A stretch of 64,000 nucleotides of DNA from contig OX337234.1 of assembly GCA_946965045.2 (NCBI GenBank), positions 620,001 through 684,000 on the forward strand. The letters are read 5' to 3'. Positions 52,836 to 64,000 of the stretch are shown here, in pieces. Source of the stretch: Epithemia pelagica (Eukaryota; Protista; Bacillariophyta). How positions within the stretch are numbered: the first letter of the stretch is position 1; each line of letters starts with the position of its first letter. The position numbers and the translations under genes were made by a program. Below the pieces are notes generated by a model. That model was not told where the DNA came from, did no database searches, and worked only from the letters and a program-made list of their open reading frames with translations.

Positions 52836-55800
52836 TCGACTTTGGTGTATGCCTACTCGACTAAATTACTTCGGGCCTTTCGCACCTTGGACGATACCCC
52901 CAACCGACGTTCCGGTGCTAACCAAGTGAAGATTCTCCTTGATAACATTTGTATTTCAACGGCCGAGTTCGCCGTCATCAAGAGTACCGTCCGTACGAAT
53001 TACCGTGGGGACTTGGCTGCTGCCATTGCGTATATTTCTTGTGAAGTTTCGGAAATATACCCACAGGTCATCCCAGGAACAGGTAATCGTGCCCGTCATC
53101 GTTTTATCTCCGAAACCAACACGTTTGAACATTCCCCGACCCGTGCACGTTCCTTTCCGGGGTTACAGCAGAACAACGGCATCTTTACGTTCTACGGTGT
53201 GGATGTCACCGATGTTAATCGGCGATTCTCTTCTCAAGAGATGGAAACCCTCGGGCCATCGGGACAAGCTTACGTTCATCAGGAACGCGCCCGCCTCCGG
53301 CAATACGGACATTCTGGCGGCCGTGGTCGTGGCCGTGGTGGTCGTCATGCCGGACGGGGACATTGGGGTCGCGGTGGTAACGATGGACGTGGCGACGGGC
53401 GTGGACGTGGTCGGGAAATTGGGAATGTGGACATCGATACGGCAGACACGGGGGATGTTGATCCCTCGGTGCTAACGGATCCGTCCGTGGCAGGTGCAAA
53501 CGACGCAGGAACAGGCGGAGGCACAGGTGGCACTGACCGAGGTAGCACAAATGGACGCCGGTTCGGACCTGGTGCTTATTCCGAATGACGCCAGGCGTCC
53601 ATGGTCATATGCGGCCCGAGGCAAGTGGCCATTGGGCAAGTGGAATATACGGCGGATTGTCATGTTGGCACAATCGGGAACAATGAAATGGATACTATGG
53701 CAGACACTTCGTGTGCTGGAATAAACTGGACTTTGGTCGAAACCACGGGAATGGAGTGCAAGGTTAGTGACTTCATGGGAAAGCAGGCAGCATCTCGACA
53801 CGTACCGATTGCCACATGTGCAACATGCATCAGAGACAAGGTATTGGGGGCGGAATATATACTGATTGGGCATCAAATGCTCTGGTTTGGTAGTTCTTTA
53901 AGGAAAACTTTGTTAAACCAGAATCAAATCCGGTACGCTGGTCATTCGGTTTGCGATGATCCAACTCGTCAGGAAAACGAAGGATTCGGTATTGTGGCAG
54001 AAGGATTGCACATTCCGTTTGAAATGCGGGGAACCACGATCTTTTTCGAGTCACGTGCGCCCACCAGTCATGAGATCGAGACGTTACCAGCCATTACGTT
54101 GACACGCCAGGAAATATGGGACCCGCGTTCGGTCGATCTTGCTATGCCAAGTCGTGACCCCTACGATGACGCGCATGAAGACATCGCGTTAGAAATTGGA
54201 CTGGTGTCCAGTGCGTGCGACCCGCGACTAATGGCTCAGAGACTCGCCGATGAGCGCCATGTGAGAAATATTACGACTGACCGTCATTCGTCAGTTTCCC
54301 CAGAAAATCTCAGTAAGAAATGGATGATTGGACTGGAATCCGCACGACGAACGCTCCGAGTGACCACCCAACAAGGTATCCGCACTGCTATCAACCCTAT
54401 TACGAGACGGTATCGGGTGGATAACTTGGCTTTACACAGACACCGATTGAACACTCGGTTTTATACGGACACACTATTTTCTCGAACCACCTCCTTGGCT
54501 GGAAACAAGTGCGCGCAGGTGTTCACGGATGGCCAATTTACGGCTGTATACCCGTTAACATCGAAAGCTGACGTCGGGCAGAGTCTTGCCAAGTTCATTG
54601 ATGAGGTTGGTGTACCTGATGGTCTTACTGCGGACCTTGCTGGTGAGCAGACTGGTCCCAAGACACAGTTCACGAAACTGGCACGGCTTCACCGTATCGA
54701 TCTCAAATGGGCCGAGAAGGGTACTAGCAAACAAAACCACCGCGCGGAACGTGAGATCGGCGTTTTGAAACAGCAATGGCATCGTCGCATGGTTGATTGT
54801 CGGGTTCCACGCCGTCTTTGGGACTACGGTCTCGCCCATGAATCTGGCATTCTCAGTCGCGTCGCACGGGGACAGGACAACCGTTCCGGTTTGGAGCGAC
54901 TCACTGGTGACACACCAGATATATCGGAGTGGCTCGACTTCTCCTTTTTCGACCTCGTTTGGTACCACGACAACTTTAAAGCGGATACGGCGGAGGAACA
55001 GAGGCACCTGGGCTTTTGGTTGGGAATCGCGCACAGGATCGGGAGCGACATGTGTTATTGGGTGCTTACCAAGTCTGGCAAGGTCTTGGCCAGAACTACT
55101 GTGCAACATGTAACGGCAGAGGAACAGGCCGAGCCGCGGATGGCAGAAAGAATTCGGGAATTTAGGATGATTGTTGAGAATAGACTGGACGATCGAAATT
55201 TTACGGATCGGGAAAGCGTGGGGCCAGGGTTCCTCGAAGATTTGCAGCCATTGCCCGAAGATCATGTTCAAAAGGGTGTCGTTCCAACGGACGAGGAATA
55301 TGGAAAGATGATTCAAGAGGAAAAACCTGACGTGGAAGACCTGGAGGAAGAGTATGACAACTACCTGGGAGCTCAAATTCAATTGGACGTGGGAGGGGAG
55401 AAGCTTCTTGGAACCGTGGTAAAAAGGAAGAAAGGGTTAGACGGAAAACCGATTGGTACAAAGCACAAAAATCCAATATTCGACGACAGAGCTTACGAGG
55501 TGAGCTTCCCAGGCGGTGTGGTACACGAGTACACGGCGAACGTAATAGCCGAGTCTCTGTACTCGCAGATAGATGACCAAGGGAGACAGTTTGCCATCAT
55601 GAAAGAGATCGTGGGACACAGGAAAAACGGGGACGCCGTGAATAGAGAAGACGGGTTCGTTGTGTCCAAGAATGGAAACCGAGTACCAAAAAGGACGACG
55701 AAAAGTTGGGAACTGGCAATCGAATGGAAGGACGGATCACAGTCCTGGATACCGCTGCGAGAAGCAAAGGATGGCTACCCGATAGAGGTCACGGAGTATA

Positions 55801-58160
55801 TGTTGGAGTTATGAACCACAAAAGACGGATAATAAATAAAGTGGTCGGGAAAAAGAAGAAACAGAAAAAATACTGGAAGTTAACGCACAAGTACGGGGTG
55901 CGACTGCCCCATTCCGTCGAAGAGGCTCTGCAACTGGACAAGGAAACGGGTACGACGTTCTGGCGGGACGCGATCGCGAAGGAGCTAGGCGTCGTCAAGA
56001 TTGCGTGGGAGGCACGGGACGACCTCGTGCTCGCGGAGGTGCGAGCGGGGCGACAGCTGATAGGCTACACCGAGATCAAATGCCACATGGTGTTCGACGT
56101 CAAGATGGACTTGACACAGAAAGCTAGACTAGTTGCCGGTGGGCACATGACGGATGCACCAGCAAGTTTAACATACTCCAGCGTCGTAAGCCGGGACTCA
56201 ATCCGTGTGGCGTTTCTGATCGCAGCGTTGAATGACCTAGATGTGTTGGCTTGTGACATCGGGAATGCGTACTTAAACGCACCATGTCGGGAAAAGATTT
56301 GGTTTTTGGGCGGAGCAGAAGTCGGTGCAGAGTTTCAGGGCAAAGTATGTGTTATGGTCCGGGCATTATATGGACTGAAATCGTGCGGAGCGAGTTGGCG
56401 CGCAACACTATTGAATACGCTATATGACATGGGATTTGTCGATACCAGGGCAGACCCTTGCGAATTAAGGAGAAAGAAGCAACGGGCAAGTGGTGAGCCT
56501 TACTACGAGCTTATCTTGGTCTACGTGGATGACCTACTATTGGTCAGCGACAAACCAGAGCCGGTATTCGAGGAGATAGACAAGCTTTATAAGATCAAGA
56601 AGGGAAGCATTGGTCCACCATCAACATACTTGGGCGCGCAGGTTTATCGTCACAACCTACCAGACGGTAGTATTGCCTGGGGTATGTCGAGCGAAAAGTA
56701 CGTGAACAATGCAATAAAGATAGTCGAACAATTGCTCAAGGAAGACGGGGACGGCCGGCACCTCAAGACGACCGCCCGAGTGCCAATCGAGACATCGTAC
56801 AAACCGGAACTGGATACGACAGAGGAGTTAGGAGAAACACTGAGGGCAAGGTATCAGCAGCTGATTGGCATATTTCGGTGGGCTGTGGAGCTCGGACGCG
56901 TCGATGTATACCTCGAGGTAGCTATCATGTCTCAATATCTGGCAAATCCCCGCAAGGGTCACCTCGAGGCGGTATACTCGATCTTCGCGTTCCTCAAGAA
57001 GCATGCCAAACTCAAACTCGTGTTCGATCCGAAGGAGGTGATACTGGACGAGGCATGTTTTTCGCAGGCACCGATGGATGAATGGAAGGAGTTCTACGGG
57101 GACGTAGCGGAACAAATTCCAACGGACATGCCCGAGCCACTGGGGAATCCGGTTACGATCACGTGTTTCGTGGACGCTGACCATGCTGGCAACGTCGTCA
57201 CCAGGCGGTCCCACTCGGGAATCTTGATCATGATGCAAAATGCACCGATCCTGTGGTTCTCCAAACGTCAGAACACGGTGGAAACTTCGAGCTTCGGCAG
57301 TGAATTTGTGGCAATGCGCATTGCCAAAGAGTTGATTGTTGGGATGAGGTACAAGCTTCGGATGTTTGGCGTACCAATCGTCGGGGCCTCGAACGTTCTT
57401 TGTGACAACCGCGGTGTGGTGAAGAACACTAGCGTCCTATCTTCTGTATTGAACAAGAAACACAACGCAATAAATTACCACGCTGTGCGGGAAGCGGCTG
57501 CTGCTGGCATTATTCAAGTCGGGAAGGAAGATACCGAAACTAATCTCGCCGACTTATTCACCAAGTTGTTGCCGCGTTCTCGGCGCAATGACTTGATATC
57601 GCAATTTACATACTCTTCAGCCTTCGGAAATGCGGGGCCCCCCACCACTCATCCAGATGCGGGGGAACAAAGCGAACAACAGGGGTGATTGTACACTTTG
57701 CGGGGACTGTTTCATTCGGGTCGGTGGGGTTACCCGGATGTTGGAGAGTATCTTTATCTTTGGGGGAATTACCGTTTACTGGTTTACTAACTCCATACCA
57801 GACTGTGTAGGTAGTTCGTCTCACATTTTTATACTACAGTAGGAATTTTTTGTACGACCGGGAAGTAGTTTCGTGCGAGTCGCGCGGTTTCCCTCTCGTG
57901 TGTGACACTTGTGTGACACTTGTGTGACACTTTGTGACATGGCTTCCAGGAATTTCTCACTACCTACACAGCTTGATAGGGAGTAAGTTTACTACTTCCC
58001 TGTGTCTGGCCGTCCTCTCGCGTCGGGCGCGCCCGGCTTGTCGGGAGAATGACTCGACGGGCAATTGTCTTGTCGGGCGTGCGCCCTCCTCGACCATTGC
58101 CCTCCTCGTCATTCTACCCTCCGCGCCGGGCAGTCCCTCCTTGAAAGGACTCGACACCGG
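52836..58160 (+). mobile_element. Third Ty1/copia element, a different lineage, 5'-truncated and degenerate
   Basis: Gag C-terminus to TGA 53586-53588; protease EMDTMADTSCAG; integrase YTDTLFS...ERE I; RT HMVFDVKMD..KARLVAGGH / DIGNAY / YVDDL; RNase H VDADHAG...ETSSFGSEF. Deletion and frameshift at ~55800. No 5' LTR. The right boundary is approximate. Confidence 0.88.
57708..58160 (+). repeat. Probable 3' LTR of element 3
   Basis: Starts with TGTTTC after the purine-rich GCGGGGAC, 20 nt past the pol stop; contains (GTGTGACACTT)3. The end cannot be fixed without a second LTR. Confidence 0.45.
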
Positions 58161-58170
58161 GAAGTATTAA

Positions 58171-59185
58171 CGCCAATCGTAAAGAACGGGTTTTAAGCTT
58201 ATCGGAATAGTATATAGCTGTCTCCCATAAATTTTATGGGAATCAGCCAGCTGCTCGCATAGGCTGTCTCCCGTAAGTCGGCCTTAACACAGATTGTTTT
58301 AAGCTTAAAACACAGGTCACATGGAATGACAATGGCCCCCTCCCATCATACAAGTGTCACCTAGTCCATGATGTTGGCACCTAGTCCATGATGTTGTGAC
58401 CATGATGTAGCGACCATGATGTAGTGCTACGAGAAGTCAACAAAATAACTCTTCACATTAACAAATATCTGTTCATTCCTATCTACTGTTGTTCTGATAA
58501 TCAAGAGATTTCTGTCATTTCGTCGTCCTTGCCATTGTCGTTCTTGTCTTTTGTGTTGTTCTCATCCTCTTCCATATTGCCGTCGTCGGCAGTCCTTCTC
58601 CTCTTTCTTGTGTATATCTGCCTCCTCATCATCAGCTTCCTCTGGTACTGTTGTACTGGCTTCAGGTGCAAGGTTGGTAGCACCTTGGACGGGTCGCTTG
58701 GTATCTGAGATCGATATCTTGGACAGGTTGCTCGGCATGTGGATTGATGAGCCATTGCGACGAATCCAGTTGCGCCGACTCACGGTCGTCATTTTCCACA
58801 GGGAAGGGTCGGGAGGACATTTCCTTTGGTCAAGGCCTTCTTTGCCATATAGACCTCCAGAATGGAGAGTCCTGCAACAATCGGTGCAGATGTCGCATAT
58901 ATAAAGGGTACTAAAGTTGGCGCTCAGCCGATGGAAGATGTAAATGATCAAAAAAGAGGAAAATCACCAATTTTTCAAAGCGAAATATCACGCTAATGAC
59001 TGTGTATTTACTGTAGACTATCATATATGAAGTTATTCAGAATTTCAAGATCTTTCCAACGAAGAAGTCAGATTTGATAGACTTTGGTTTTTGATGAAGT
59101 TAATGAAAGTCAAAGTTAAGGGAGTAGTGCATAGCTGTCTCCCATATATGGGAGACAGCTATACACTACTCGCTTACGATTGGCG
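58171..59185. mobile_element. Non-autonomous TIR DNA transposon, piggyBac-like (TTAA-flanked)
   Basis: TIR CGCCAATCGTAA / TTACGATTGGCG, with TTAA on both sides (58167-58170, 59186-59189). Inverted subterminal TATAGCTGTCTCCCATA motifs; internal CCATGATGT repeats (58357-58425). No transposase. Confidence 0.75.
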
Positions 59186-59368
59186 TTAATACTACTTTTG
59201 CATGATACACGTTACGTTAGGTATAATTACTAATCTTCTTGTTACGATCGGAACGAAACACATTACCGGAAGTTGCTGCAAATCGCGATTTCCCCACCTT
59301 CGTAAACACAAGTTCACCAACACAGCACAACATCCACACATTCAACAACAACGAACGCTATAACAGCC

Positions 59369-60686
59369 ATGCCGTCTCGAATCAATAAGACACCGTGGTC
59401 CGAGGCAGAAGACGATCGTCTTCTGAGGGCTCTGGGTGTCTATCAGCGAGACAACAACAACGCGCGAGTAGAGGACGTAGACTGGGACGACATTGCCCAG
59501 AGTGTGCCTGGGAGAGGGGGAATGGCCTGTGCGACCAGATTTGGAAGCCTTTACGCCCTTCACGCGCAAGGGAAATATTTTGCCACAGTCAACGAAGTTT
59601 GGCCTCAGAAGCAGGTCTCCACCAAAAAAATCAAGCTTGACAATTGGGATACTTGCCGAACAAAAGTTGTGCGTTTGCGTGCCCCGAATTTTAATCGACT
59701 TCAGCTCAGGGGAGACCACCGCGAACCGAAAGAATTCGTCCACACATACAACGGTGCGATGGACGCATCCACCAAAGTCGCTGATTCCATAACAACGGTA
59801 AACGACGATTTGATTCCAGTTGACATTTTTGGACACATATCAGTAGCAGCAGAGAAGGCGCACTTGCTTCCCAAAGCTAGAGGTGATGCGATCACCTGGA
59901 ACTATCCAGGCTGCGCCGTACTTGGATTGGATGTGGAGACAAATGTGGATACGGATGTTATAAGGAAGGCTTTGTTAGGGTGCAAAGACTCACAGAGAAA
60001 ATACCCCGGTATTCGGAACCTGCTCTGTAACATTGTAAGAATGTCCAACCAAGGCCATCTTTTCGACAGGAATCCCTATGTTTTTGTCTTCCTAATTTGT
60101 TCTCTCGATTGGGTAAAAACATGGGCCGGACAAGGCTACGATACCATTGTTCTCTGCGAGTCAGCTGGCGCTTCTCGTGAGATTGGAATGACAAGTGTGA
60201 CACTTGAAACCGCGATGACAGCAACGCTCGACGATTTGTGAGTTTCTTGGTCACAGTGTGCTTCAGAAAGAGGAGAAAAAAGTGAATCAATACCAAGACA
60301 GTCGCGGTAGTTCGGCATATCAACAATTTCGAAAGGAAAAAACGATATCCGCCCCATTTCATCTGTCTCCTTCACACCATAAACCCGTGCTCAAAATTTC
60401 TTTTGCTGGGCATGATGACAGTGATACGCAAGGCAAACATCCTGCGCCCGACCCAATGCTACTTGCTTTCAAGACATGCAACAATTGGTGCCGGAAACAT
60501 GATGGCTTTCGAATGGTAGCTGGGGCTGAACCATTGGACCTTGATGATGATCTGTCTGAGGAAGGGAAACGAAATCTACAGGAGTATCTCGTTTGGCAAG
60601 CCTCCATGCAAAAAAAGCAGCGTCACGACGAGATCATGGATTTGTTTGGCAATAGTGGAGGAGTAATCACTGGGTCCACGACGTAA
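59369..60686 (+). pseudogene. Myb/SANT domain plus HNH-like nuclease-fold gene, split into two ORFs (59369-60241, 60258-60686)
   Basis: Myb PWSEAEDDRL...DWDDIAQSVPGRGGMACATRF; then EKAHLLP, CNIVRM, FD..P, and HPAPDPMLLA in the second ORF. Confidence 0.55.
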
Positions 60687-60776
60687 AACATTAGCATGCA
60701 AGGGTTGTCGTAATGCGACAAACAAATATACACACACACAAACGAGGGAAATTCTCTGCATAAAGAAATAAATCTT

Positions 60777-61850
60777 TTACATTCCTTCATGTCTCAGAAG
60801 CCCGACCACGGTCTCATAGGCTGAAAAGCGGCTTCCCGAAACATCAAAGGCTCGCAGTATACTAGGACCCACATCGACATACAAGCCAACTATCCCTTTC
60901 TCTGCCAGTAGTTGCTGGACGATCAGGCGGTAGGATGATCGGCTACTGTAACTCAAATCTCCTTGTCCCTGCACGCGGGCTCGAATGCAGTCCAAGGGAA
61001 AACTGACGGTCCACGCAATGGAACCAGCCAAACCTCCCGCCACAGTAATGGACCAACGACTATAGTTTGCCGGTGATTGTCCCATACGACTTTGTTGTTG
61101 AGAATGGAACTGGTACCGCAGCCCTTCATAGACAAAAAAGTAGGTGGAGAGAAAGGCTGCTTCACGTGCTGTATTTACGACATGGCTAGTGTACACTCCG
61201 GATACTCCGTGATTGGCCAGTATGTACTGGAGACATTGCAGTGAATTGCGGTATCGTTGCGTATGTTGCTGATGGCTCAGTACATTGGTCAGTTGCATTT
61301 GGGTCTTGACGAGATTTTCCACCGTTGACACCACAGACGCAATGGGTCCACAGAGTCCACCAGCAATGCCATTCCACACATTCCACGACTTTCGTTTCCC
61401 TCGTCCCAGTAACGTGTGAAATCCAGAGTATGAAGCAAAATTGATGGTATTCAAAATTGACAGGGACAGTAAGGGAGGTCCAACTCCCTTGTACATACCA
61501 ATCAATCCTTAAGTATGAAGGATTTGTATACCAGTCCACAGCATTCCACCTTGTGCTCGGCGAATCACGGTATTGCTAGAGGTGGTGGCCGAGGAAAGCG
61601 GTGACGACGATGTCTGCATGCGAGTTTTGATAACATCCAAAGGATAACCAATCACTGTGTAATGTGTTGAGATAATACAGAGTGTTTCGAATTTACAGTC
61701 AGCGCGTCATTCAGTGGACGTGTCCTTTTTCCATGCGACAAAAAGTTTTGAACGATACGCACCGGTACCCAGTATCCCAGCTGAAAGGCCTCCAGCAGCC
61801 TCTTGGGTCAGAGAAAGAGGCACAGACAATCGCTGTTTGTTCTCCTCCAT
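60777..61850 (-). pseudogene. Mitochondrial carrier (SLC25) gene with premature stop; intron 61655-61762
   Basis: Three carrier repeats (YPLDVIKTRMQ, TVENLVKTQMQ, FPLDCIRARVQ). In-frame TAA at 61509-61511. Confidence 0.8.
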
Positions 61851-64000
61851 TGTGAATGTATAGATGTCGCTCTTGTTGCTCCTCGTGTGTTGTATTAATT
61901 GGCATCAACTAGGTACGCAAAAGCGACTGCAAATTTGGAGGGAGAGATAGTTTCTGGGCGAAGGGTAGCCATAAGCCATAGCCATGGCAATGGCATTGAT
62001 AGGAGTAGGAGTACTTCATAACGGTTCCAAGGACTCCTTTCCAAAACAAGATCTCTGAACTCTGATGGTATTGACTCTTCTAGGTAGGTATTTCTCTTAA
62101 CTTGAAACTCTACACTCGTTGTTCCTTTTCTGTTCGTCTTGTGTCGCCATCGTATATTCGACTGAGTTCAGAATGAACGTGTCGGGTAAGCCGGCAGGCT
62201 AAGGGTGGAAAAACATAAAACATCAAAGACCGGAAAAAAAATTCTTAGCCCAGAAGTCAAATTTCAGTACCAAACACCAAAACCCCCAACAAGAAACACA
62301 AAATCGCCGGGCCAACCCCAATTCAAAAACATTCGAGTATGTCTTCGTACTTCATAGTGTGCCTCTAGCTTGTAGTTGCGAGAGTATGCCATACAACTAG
62401 AAGTTGCCCTTTCCGTTGCGGAAACCATGCCAAAAATACAACTCTGCACTATGAAAGTAAGTGTACTTCATGACTGAAATACAACTTTTCTCACATTTTT
62501 CATTTCACGTACACCTTCGGCCCTTGTGGTGGCAATCCAAAATCCTACAACAGCAACAGCAACAACCATCCACAAGAGTCGTCGTCGTGATTGTATTCGT
62601 TGGTCTCCGACAAGGCACTGCTCCTGCATTCCCGCATCTACCAAGTCTTTATGGCGCGACAACAAGACCAAACACCAGACCAGGTGGCAGCCGAAAGAGC
62701 AACAAGGGCTCCTCCTCCTGCCCGAAAACCTGCGACTGTCGAGCGTCGGGAATACTGTTGGTCGGCGTAATGGGCCACCTTGAGCCTTGTCGCAAGAAGC
62801 ACCCATCGCCATGATGACGATGTCGACATCACAGCACCATCATCAACAAGACAACAACGACAAGTCGTTGTGCGCACGCAATTGCTCAAGGCCACAAACC
62901 AAACGAGCTTCCCGTTCAACCATGTTCTCTACACGGGACGGTTGAGATAATAACAAGCCAGGCCGCCGTACACATCACACAAAAGTGGTGGTGGTGGACT
63001 CTCCATTCAGTCATCCTTATTGGAAAGAAAGCAACAAACGAAGGAACTAGAGTATTGTTGTTGGTTGTCGTCTCAAGGTAGAATTTAATCTCACGAGCAT
63101 GTCCATAAAAAAGAATCACCAAAACACCTCCATGTTCGTCCTTAGGGGACACTTTGAATCATTCTGCACTCGGACACTGCCCGTACTACCTAGTAGGTAG
63201 GAGTAATAGGTTGGTAGAATAGACCCAAGAGATCCAAAAGAGTCATACCATCCGCCTCTTTGGTCCTTAGAGAACGGTTTTTTTGTCCAATTTCACGGTC
63301 GCACTGAAACGGAGGGTATCTAGATACCTTTCTCCCAGACGATACATTCTGTGGATGGTCGAGGGGCGAGAATTGTGGTCTTCTCTTCTACTCCTATGAA
63401 TGAACGATGGACAACACCCAGTGCAGTGAATTTGAGTGAGTGTATGTGCTACTACTACAGGAGTCTCTTAGTGGACGGATATCGGGTGGAGGAAGGGCTA
63501 TTTTGGCAAATGTTTGCTGCCATGTTGGGAGATTCAAACAACGGCTTCTCCTGTCCACGAACGTGACGGCTGGATCCTGGTGGTACGATAGATTGGTAGA
63601 GAGAAGGCGACTATGGCACCATGTTTGGGCACCTGGAGAGGCTCATACAGAATCGCCAAGGAGATTTTATTCCGCTCTACCTACAGAGGTGTTGGAGTAA
63701 ATTGGAAAAGAAGATAGATAAGGTAGCAAAGGTATCGTCTTGTGGATGCCCACCCACTATGGCGTATAAAGTATCGTAGGAATGTACCAGAAGCTACGTA
63801 GTTTCACTCACCGTTGTATTTTGTTCGGATACTACGGGAGTATCCATCGCAAATTGGATCTGAGTCTTGGCTTCAGTCATGAATGACATAGTCGTCTGCC
63901 CATCATCCGAAGCAAATGAATCGACTTTGGGCTTTGGGGGCCGGCAATTTTCAATCACGGGTATTCTACAGGCCATTTGACTGAATTCAGTCTATCTTCG

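Noticed and set aside
62461-62919. ORFs near the right end
   Set aside because: Overlapping short frames on both strands with no consistent gene model that I can support.

Overview
Eukaryotic, gene-dense DNA with few introns; most likely a diatom (inferred from diatom-type Ty1/copia elements, a cyclase-PDE fusion, diatom-expanded gene families and short GT-AG introns). Two observations stand out. (1) Two related full-length Ty1/copia LTR retrotransposons (8416-14497 +, 22355-28117 -) have no tRNA primer-binding site. Instead, the 14 nt right after each 5' LTR are the exact reverse complement of a 14-nt LTR segment. That segment has the same offset in both elements, follows an initiator-like TCA, and has a different sequence in each. 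This is the signature of Tf1-style self-primed reverse transcription, here in copia elements. Both also carry an extra coupled upstream ORF (coiled coil plus KOW-like domain), a Gag with no CCHC knuckle, and a pol ORF that reads through the 3' U3. (2) A ~4.4 kb mosaic of bacterial DNA (~1800-6209) contains an integrase-less integron cassette array (5 attC sites, mostly unusually long at 172-174 bp), apt, a half ArsC/Spx gene and a frameshifted ABC-permease fragment. It is bracketed by inverted decamer arrays, and the left array carries a hAT insertion with a perfect 8-bp TSD. The rest is host genes (MBOAT, CSDE1/Unr, actin-related, SET-MYND, START-domain, cyclase-PDE, WbsX-like, Myb/HNH-like, mitochondrial carrier), several of them damaged, plus a third truncated copia and a TTAA-flanked TIR element. 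All family assignments come from motif recognition by eye; no database searches were run.
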